Assembly: GCA_963734535.1 (NCBI GenBank)
Contig: CAVTHS010000008.1
Coordinates: 192,001 to 256,000, forward strand
DNA length: 64,000 nt
From: an uncultured Chloroflexia bacterium
GTDB lineage: Bacteria > Chloroflexota > Limnocylindria > Limnocylindrales > CSP1-4
Reading direction: 5' to 3'
Shown: positions 57,301-64,000 of the stretch, in pieces
How the letters are laid out: each line of letters starts with the position of its first letter
How positions within the stretch are numbered: position 1 is the stretch's first letter
Program-made: the position numbers and the translations under genes
Notes under the pieces: model-generated
What the model saw: the letters and a program-made list of their open reading frames with translations, nothing else
What the model was told of the DNA's origin: nothing
The model's database searches: none

Positions 57301-58698
57301 ATGCGCACGCTGATCACGAACGGCCTCGTCGTCACCGCCGACGGTTCGCAGCCGGCCGACGTGCTCGTCGACGGCGAGACGATCGCCCTTCTCGGCGCGG
57401 ACCTGGCGGGCCAGGGCGTCACGGCGGACGCGACGATCGACGCGACCGGGAAATACGTCGTTCCCGGGGGCATCGACGTGCACACCCACATGGAGCTGCC
57501 CTTCGGCGGCACGTTCGCCAAGGACACCTTCGAGACGGGCTCGAAGGCGGCGGCGTTCGGGGGAACGACGACGATCGTCGACTTCGCGCCGCAGACCAGG
57601 GGCCGGTCGCTCCGCGAGGGGCTCGACGCCTGGCGCGCGAAGGCCGAGGGGAACACCGCGATCGACTACGGCTTCCACATGATGATGTCCGACGTCAACG
57701 ACGCGACGCTCGCCGAGATGGACCTGCTCGTGGACGAGGGCGTCCCCGAGTTCAAGCTCTTCACCGCCTACCCGGGCGTGCTGTTCAGCCCCGACGACCA
57801 CATCTTCCGGGCCATGCAGCGGACCCGCCTGAACGGCGGCCTGATCATGATGCACGCGGAGAACGGGCCGGTCATCGACGTGATCGCCGCGGGCCTCGTC
57901 GCGGCCGGCACCACCGATCCGATCGGGCACGGCCTGGCCCGCTACCCGATCCTCGAGGGCGAGGCCACGAACCGGGTCATTCGCCTGGCCGAGGCGGCAG
58001 GGGTCGCGGTCTACATCGTCCACCTCTCGGCGCGCGATGCGCTGGAGGCCGTCATGGCCGCCCGCGACCGCGGCGCGATGGCGTTCGCCGAGACGTGCCC
58101 GCAGTACCTCTTTCTCTCGCTCGACGACCTCGGCAACGGGTTCGAGGGCGCCAAGTTCGTCTGCTCACCGCCGCTCCGACCCAGGGACCACCAGGAGGCG
58201 CTCTGGACCGGCCTCCGCACGGACGCGCTCCAGCTCGTCGCGACGGACCACTGCCCGTTCGACTTCCACGGCCAGAAGGAGCTGGGGCGGGGCGACTTCC
58301 GCAAGATCCCGAACGGCCTGCCGGTCGTCGAGGACCGCGTCGACCTGCTCCACGATGGCGGCGTGGTCGGCGGGCGGATCTCGCGGGAACGGTGGGTGGA
58401 GATCGTGGCCACGGCGCCCGCGAAGATGTTCGGGATGTACCCCAAGAAGGGCGCGATCGCGGTCGGCTCGGACGCCGACCTCCTGGTCTACGACCCGAAC
58501 CGGAAGCGCACGATCAGCGCGGCGACGCACCACATGGACGTCGACTACTCGCTCTTCGAGGGACGCGTGGTGCAGGGCGCCTCGGACGTGGTGATGAGCC
58601 GTGGCGCCGTCCTCGTCCGCGACGGCGCGTGGGTCGGGCCGGCCGGCCGCGGGCAGTTCCTGCGGCGACCCGCCACGGACCACACCCGGATGAGCTGA
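57301..58698 (+). CDS. hydA: Dihydropyrimidinase
   Basis: PGGIDVHTHM, FKLF, MHAENG, ETCPQYL, ATDHCPF, KIPNG. Confidence 0.95.
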   Translation: MRTLITNGLVVTADGSQPADVLVDGETIALLGADLAGQGVTADATIDATGKYVVPGGIDVHTHMELPFGGTFAKDTFETGSKAAAFGGTTTIVDFAPQTRGRSLREGLDAWRAKAEGNTAIDYGFHMMMSDVNDATLAEMDLLVDEGVPEFKLFTAYPGVLFSPDDHIFRAMQRTRLNGGLIMMHAENGPVIDVIAAGLVAAGTTDPIGHGLARYPILEGEATNRVIRLAEAAGVAVYIVHLSARDALEAVMAARDRGAMAFAETCPQYLFLSLDDLGNGFEGAKFVCSPPLRPRDHQEALWTGLRTDALQLVATDHCPFDFHGQKELGRGDFRKIPNGLPVVEDRVDLLHDGGVVGGRISRERWVEIVATAPAKMFGMYPKKGAIAVGSDADLLVYDPNRKRTISAATHHMDVDYSLFEGRVVQGASDVVMSRGAVLVRDGAWVGPAGRGQFLRRPATDHTRMS

Positions 58699-58721
58699 CG
58701 GGAGGGAGCGCCGAGGCTGCG

Positions 58722-59735
58722 TCAGCCCGCGGCGCGCGGCTCCGGATCGGGTTCGGGGCCGACGACCACCTCCCGGTGGCGACCCTGGACCCGCCGCCGA
58801 CGGATCACGAGCGTGGCCGTCAACGCCGCGCCCGCGGCGACGGCCGCCACGACCAGGCAGATCAGCTGCTCGGCGTTGAGCGCCCCGAGCACCGCCGCGT
58901 CGCGCCACGTCGTCGCCACGATGGCGCGGCCGATCGCCCACGCCGCGATCCCGACCGCGAAGAGCCTGCCGTCGGCACGGCGGAGCCCCGACCGCCAGCC
59001 GAGCAGCGTCACGAGGACGAGGACGCCCGCCGTCGTCGCGGCCTCCAGCAGCTGGGCGGGAACCGCCGGCAGCTCGGCACCCGGGCTCCCCCACGGACCG
59101 GACCCGGCATAGGCGGTCGCGAACGTCCCGCCGTCGAGCACCAGGGCACCCTGGCCCCCGCCACCGAGGACCTCGGCCGCCTTCCCGACGGCGAGCACCA
59201 GGAGGAGCGGCCGGATCGCGACGTGCAGCCACCGTCCGACCGGCGCGTCGAGCAGCGCCGCGACGTAGATCCCCGTCAGGGTTCCCCCGACGACGGCCCC
59301 GGTCAGCTCGAGGCTGCCACCCGCGGGGTCGAGCAGCTGCCGCCAATCGCGCGCGTACCAGTCGGCGTGCAGGAGGCCGTACCCGAGCCGGCCCAGGATC
59401 ACCGCGCCCGGGAGCACGCCGAGGATGATGAACAGGAGGTCGTCGCGGCGCATGTGCCACGGGTCGCCCGGCCTGGCGGCGTCCTGCGGCACTCCGGCGT
59501 CCTGCTGATCCGCGGCGTCCTGCCGTTCCGCGGCGTCCGCGTCGTCCGCGTGGTCCCTGGGCTCGCCGATCAGGGTCTCGAACGCCGGCGTCCGCCCCGC
59601 GATGAGCGCGCACCACGCGAGGCCTGCAAGCGCTGCGAGGGCCAGCCCCACGGTCTGCCAGCGAACAACCAGGTCCCCGACGTGGAGCGAGGCGTCGAAG
59701 CCGAACGCGAGGACGGCCGACGACGCACCCGTCAC
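58722..59735 (-). CDS. Prolipoprotein diacylglyceryl transferase-like membrane protein (degenerate)
   Basis: Lgt-like layout (GAVILGRLGY, PAQLLEA, LNAEQLI) with catalytic motifs altered. Confidence 0.6.
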   Translation of the reverse strand: MTGASSAVLAFGFDASLHVGDLVVRWQTVGLALAALAGLAWCALIAGRTPAFETLIGEPRDHADDADAAERQDAADQQDAGVPQDAARPGDPWHMRRDDLLFIILGVLPGAVILGRLGYGLLHADWYARDWRQLLDPAGGSLELTGAVVGGTLTGIYVAALLDAPVGRWLHVAIRPLLLVLAVGKAAEVLGGGGQGALVLDGGTFATAYAGSGPWGSPGAELPAVPAQLLEAATTAGVLVLVTLLGWRSGLRRADGRLFAVGIAAWAIGRAIVATTWRDAAVLGALNAEQLICLVVAAVAAGAALTATLVIRRRRVQGRHREVVVGPEPDPEPRAAG

Positions 59736-61422
59736 GACAGGCCTTCGAGCCGGCCGGCAACCAGACGGCCGCCGGCGATCGTCGCGACCACCGTGATCCC
59801 GTCATCGCCGCGAGCCCAGGCGCGGGTCGGCACGGTCGTGGGGTCGCGGGACAGGATCACGAGGTCGCTGCGCCGCCCCACCTCCAGGCGCCCGGCGTCC
59901 TCTTCACCGAGCGCCGCGGCGCCCGCGGCCGTCCATGCATGGAGCGCCTCCGCGACGGAGAGGCCGCTGTCATGGCGAAGGGCCGCGCGCACGCCGTCGA
60001 GCGGCGCGCCGGGGACCACGGGACGATCGCTGGAGAACGGCATCGGGATGCCGGCGGCGAGAAGCGCCGCGAACGGGAGGAGCCGTGCCGCGCGTTCCTC
60101 CCCGAGGCGGGCCCGGTACGTGGCCCCGGCCCACGCGAGGAACTCCGGCTGGACGACGGCCGTCGCACCCGATCGCGGCCAGGCGCGCGATGAGGTCGCC
60201 GTCGAGGAGCATCGCGTGCTCGACCCGGTGGGGATGCGCGGGTCGGGGCGCGATGGCGGACGCGGACGCCGCCGCGGCGGCATAGGCGTCGAGGATCGCG
60301 ACCACGCGCCGCGTCGCCGATCGCGTGCGTCCCGACGGCCCAGCCGGCCGCGACCGCGCCGCGGACGCGCTCCGCGAGCGCCGACGGGTCGTGGACCGGT
60401 CCGCCGGCGTGCGACGCGTCGTCGTACGGCGCGCGCAGCCACGCCGTATGCGTCGTGAGGGCGCCGTCGGCCTTGAGCTTCACGTGTGTCAGGCGGACGC
60501 GGTCCCGCGCGGCATCCGGTAGTTCGGCCGCGATGTCGGCGGGGGATGGAACGGCGTCGTCCGGCGCCGGCGCGATCCGGACGAGCCCGGGCATGAGCGC
60601 AACGGCGAGCGGCATCGCCCCCGACGTGATCGCCGCGCCCCAGGCCGCGAGCTCGGCCGCAATGCCGGCCGTGGATCCCAGGTCGGCATCGGCAACGCTG
60701 GTCACGCCGTCGGCAGCCAGCCGGGCGGCGGCCCGGGCGAGCGCCGCATGCCCCTCGGCGGCGGTCGGCGCCGGCATCGCGGACGCGACGCGATCCCACG
60801 CGTCGGGTCCGCGGAGGATCCCGGTCGGCTCGCCCGTCCCGTCGCGCTCGATCGCGCTCCGGCCGGGGACGTCGGGCGTGCCCATGCGGATCCCGGCCAG
60901 GGCGAGGGCCAGGCTGTTGGCCGTCACGGCATGCCCGGAGACGTGCGCGAGGAGGACCGGCCGGTCGGGCACGGCGCGGTCCAGGTCGTCGCGCGTCGGA
61001 TCGTCCGGACGGTCCCAGCCGGTCGGGTCATAGCGCGCGACCAGCCAGGCATCGGGCTCCAGGCGCTCAGCGCCTCCCGGCAGGGCCTGGAGGGCGGCCC
61101 GGCGCTCGCGGCCCGCCAGGAGCCGCATCCCGGCGACGAGGCCCTCCCAGTACGGGTGCGCGTGCGGATCCACGAAGCCCGGCAGCACGGCACGGCCCCG
61201 CAGGTCGACGAGATGCGAGTCGGGCCCGGCCAGGGCCAGGACCTCGGCGTCGCCCCCCACCGCCAGGATCCGGTCGTGCGCGTAGCAGATCGCGGTCGCG
61301 CGCCGGCCGGCCGCGTCGGGAACGCCCGGGTCACCGCCGGCGCGCGACGCGGCGTCGGTCGGGCGCGCCCCGTCGAGCGTGAGGATCGTCCCGCCGTGAA
61401 GGACCGTGTAGTGGTGGGTCAT
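59732..61422 (-). CDS. Amidohydrolase 3 (YtcJ-like), two frameshifts
   Basis: PGFVDPHAH, LKADGAL, THAIGD, HRVEHA, FSSDRP across frames. Confidence 0.85.
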
Positions 61423-61521
61423 CGCCCCCGAGTCTAGCGGGACGATGGACGTGCGGGCACCTGGCCGGGCGAGTGTCGCCTGCGAGCCTGACGATGAGAC
61501 CCGGCGACGCGAAGAGCAGGC

Positions 61522-62292
61522 TCAGCCGACCTTGATCGTGATGCTGAATGCGATCCTGAACATCGGACACGCGCCCGACGTGCAGTGCAGGCTCCCCACG
61601 GCGTTGAGGAGCGTCGTGCCGGCCGTCCGCGCCACGAAGACCCCCTGGGCGCCCTGGATCACGAGGGTGCTGGGGACTCGACCCACGACATTCTGGTCGG
61701 CCACCGTGATCGCCCAGCTCATGCTCGCGCCGAGATCAAGGAGGAATTGCTGCCCGACCGCGAGGTGCAGGACGGTTCCGTCGTCCGCCTGCGTCACGGT
61801 GACGGGCGATGCAGCCGCGTTGGCGGGCGAGGGCGTGGGAGTCGGCGCAGTCCGGGCGACAGGGGTCCCTGCCGGAGTCGGGGCTGGGACCCGGGTAGCT
61901 GCCGGAGTCGGGGCTGGGACCCGGGTAGCTGCCGGAGTCGAGGCCGCCGGCGGGGTCCGCGGAGGGATCGCCGAGCCAGCTGGCGAGGGCGCCACAGGTT
62001 CGCTGCTGCACGCCTGCGCCGAGCTGGTCGAGGAGAGACAGGGTTCGGTCCCCGTGAACAGGCCACCCGATGCGCTCGGCGCGGGCGAGGCCGACTCTGG
62101 AAGCGGAGCGACCGCGCCGGGCACGCTGGGGACGACCGTCGCGCTCGACGATGGCAGCGCCCCGTTGGAGGGCCCTGCAGCCACGCACCCACCGAGCACC
62201 AGGGAGACGAGTGCCACCGCGAGGCTGGCCACGACCGGCTGCCTGACATGGCGGTGATTGCGTTGTGTCCAGTTACGCTGGCTGTCGGCCAT
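61522..62292 (-). CDS. Lipoprotein with Pro/Thr-rich stalk and C-terminal Ig-like (chagasin/I42-like) domain
   Basis: Lipobox LGGC, VTQADDGTVLHLAVGQQFLLDL...F.A..AGTT.L. GGGGGAG SD. Confidence 0.62.
   Translation of the reverse strand: MADSQRNWTQRNHRHVRQPVVASLAVALVSLVLGGCVAAGPSNGALPSSSATVVPSVPGAVAPLPESASPAPSASGGLFTGTEPCLSSTSSAQACSSEPVAPSPAGSAIPPRTPPAASTPAATRVPAPTPAATRVPAPTPAGTPVARTAPTPTPSPANAAASPVTVTQADDGTVLHLAVGQQFLLDLGASMSWAITVADQNVVGRVPSTLVIQGAQGVFVARTAGTTLLNAVGSLHCTSGACPMFRIAFSITIKVG
61871..61940. repeat. 30-bp tandem repeat (~2.3 copies) encoding TPAATRVPAP
   Basis: GCCGGAGTCGGGGCTGGGACCCGGGTAGCT repeated. Confidence 0.9.
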
Positions 62293-62352
62293 GACTCCCC
62301 CTGAGGCCTTCATCTCGACCGCTCCCGCGTGGCGGGGGGTCTCGTCCGCAAT

Positions 62353-62378
62353 GACGCGGGGCTCGCGAGGATGGTTCC
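62353..62378 (-). promoter_or_regulatory. ECF-sigma-type promoter
   Basis: Minus strand GGAACC-N16-CGTC about 60 nt upstream of the lipoprotein start. Confidence 0.5.
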
Positions 62379-62493
62379 GCCACCGGGCCGGGCATAGGGT
62401 TCGGCAACCCGGCTCGAGCGGACGGGTCGTGCTTCAGTCTACCGGTCTGCTCGTCGGGCGCTGACGAGCACGTCGACGGGCGATACGCGCACG

Positions 62494-62534
62494 AAAGGAA
62501 ACCGGACATCTATGCAAAGGCACTGATGTCCGGT
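62494..62534 (-). terminator. Rho-independent terminator downstream of S53 gene
   Basis: ACCGGACATC/GATGTCCGGT stem followed on the minus strand by TTCCTTT. Confidence 0.7.
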
Positions 62535-62648
62535 CCTTGCCGCGCGAGCTATCTGCGGTTGTCAGCTACATGGTCGCTCCCGTGAGGAAGGCCCTTGGAC
62601 CGAGACGCGCTCGGTCGTTCAGGCCCCCGGCCACGACAGCGCGCAATA

Positions 62649-64000
62649 TCAATGCGGGCCGACCCGGTGATGGCCGGAATGCCCGTTCAGATTCGGATCG
62701 GTGCTCTGGACTGCCTGATTCCCATCATTCCATGATGTGAACCTGGTCAGGAAGTTGACGAGGTTGTCGGCCCTCGGGGAGCCCAGGCCGGTGGTCGCGT
62801 CCCAGCCGGTGCCGGCATTGAAGCCTGTCACCGTCACGAGGTTGTTGTTAACGTCGAACTCCGCGGCCGAGTTGCTACCGCTCGTCACGTCGTGGAAGAG
62901 TGTCGACGAAAGGCTCGGGAACAGGCTGTAGAGGTACAGCGCCGCGTTGATGAAGCCCAACCTCCGCCCGGCCTTCTGATCGGCGATCGCGGCGATGGCT
63001 GCCCACTGCGGAGAGCCGGCGCTCGTTCCGCCGAACCGGTAGAAGCCGACTGGGATGCCGGGGATATCGAGGTACGTCAGCACACCGTGCAGTACGGCGG
63101 CGTTGTACGACACGTCGGGCACGCCCCGCTGCCTCCCTCCCCGGGTGGCGAGCCTCTGGAAGAAGGGTGCCTTGTAGAGGACGCTGAAGCCGCCACCGGT
63201 GGCGAGGGTCGAGTCGAAGAAGTCCTGGAAGTCGCCAAACGGAGGACCTTCGTTCCACGCGATCTCGCCCTGGTAGGTCCCGCCGCTGGGTTCGCGGCCG
63301 GGTCACAGCCGAGCGCGGTCAGGCAGTAGTCGGCTGCCTGCAGCTCGGTGCCGCCGACGGCGGTGACGAGCGGGTCGCTGGCGGGCGAGGAGGCCGCCTT
63401 GACCCAGGAGTTGCCGTCGCAGGTGAATTCGGCCGCGCCTTGATCGCCCGACGAGGCGAAGAGCGTGATGCCTTTCAAAGTCGCCTTTGCGAACAGCTGA
63501 TGCTGCTGCCTTGAGCAGCGTCGAATCGACGCAACTCTCGTTCTCGCCGAAGCTCTGCGAGATGATGTCGCCGAGATTGTGGTCAACGGCGTACTTCGTC
63601 GCGCTCAGGATGTCAGCGTCATCGTTCGACTTGGCGAGGTCCAGCACGATGTTGGCGCCGGGAGCGATGGCATGCGCCCAGAGGACGTCCAGCGAGATCT
63701 CCTCTGCCCACCCGGTCATGTTCGGATCACCCGTGACGAACGGGGTGAGTCCGTCCGGAGCGACCTGGGTGAATGTGCCGAGGCTCGGATCGGAGGCGCC
63801 GCCCAGCCCGTTGAGGGCCGGCAAGCCGTAGAACGTGTTCCAGGTATTCAGCTGCTGGACGATGTTCGGCGACTGGTAGGCGTCGACGATGATGATCGTC
63901 CTGCCCTTGCCGGTGAAGCCCGCGTTGATCAGCGTGTCGATGCCGTAGGCATGCCGCATCTGGTACGGGTCATAGCAGGCACCGACCGACAGGCCCAGCT
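62649..64000 (-). CDS. S53 (sedolisin/kumamolisin) peptidase, 5' truncated, frameshifted
   Basis: EISLDV, SSGDQG, AVGGT, GGTSAGSPQWA, GWDATTGLGSP across frames. Confidence 0.88.

Noticed and set aside
61871-61940. CRISPR array
   Set aside because: Repeats are contiguous without spacers, in frame within a coding stalk, and no cas genes are present.

Overview
Very GC-rich, gene-dense bacterial DNA. The gene repertoire and frequent leaderless promoters suggest Chloroflexota (Limnocylindria-like) or a related terrabacterial lineage; this is inference only. I saw no rRNA, tRNA, CRISPR array or integrase/transposase. Blocks in order: (1) 1-12.9 kb, ABC exporters, EamA, tag, MarR/GbsR regulator, S9 peptidase, USP, DUF971-YbjQ. 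(2) 13-32.5 kb, a large polyphosphate/phosphate supercluster (ppk1, CYTH-CHAD, ppx, an unknown coiled-coil/amphipathic/Lys-rich protein, pstSCAB-phoU-arsC-sixA, PhoR/PhoB-like two-component system split by proS, pit-DUF47). It carries three 11-bp-period PHO-box-like arrays and an embedded arsR-arsM module. (3) 32.5-38.2 kb, housekeeping (gltX, DtxR/MntR, J-domain, asparaginase II, upp). (4) 38.3-53.6 kb, accessory region: LLM, rifampin ADP-ribosyltransferase arr, and a ~13-kb same-strand arsenic/metal/sulfur-oxyanion island with unusual members (2 TauE, FmdE, TDT, a CCG/Fe-S oxidoreductase between arsD and arsA, two Cys-tailed YlbF-like proteins). (5) 53.7-58.7 kb, reductive pyrimidine catabolism with an LLM enzyme in place of a recognisable dihydropyrimidine dehydrogenase. 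(6) 58.7-64 kb, a degenerate Lgt-like protein, amidohydrolase, a putative I42-like lipoprotein and an S53 protease. Many genes carry +/-1 indels, mostly in homopolymer runs, most likely long-read errors. Best candidates for undescribed systems: the PhaF-like protein in the polyP locus, and the ArsD/Fe-S reductase/ArsA/twin-YlbF module.
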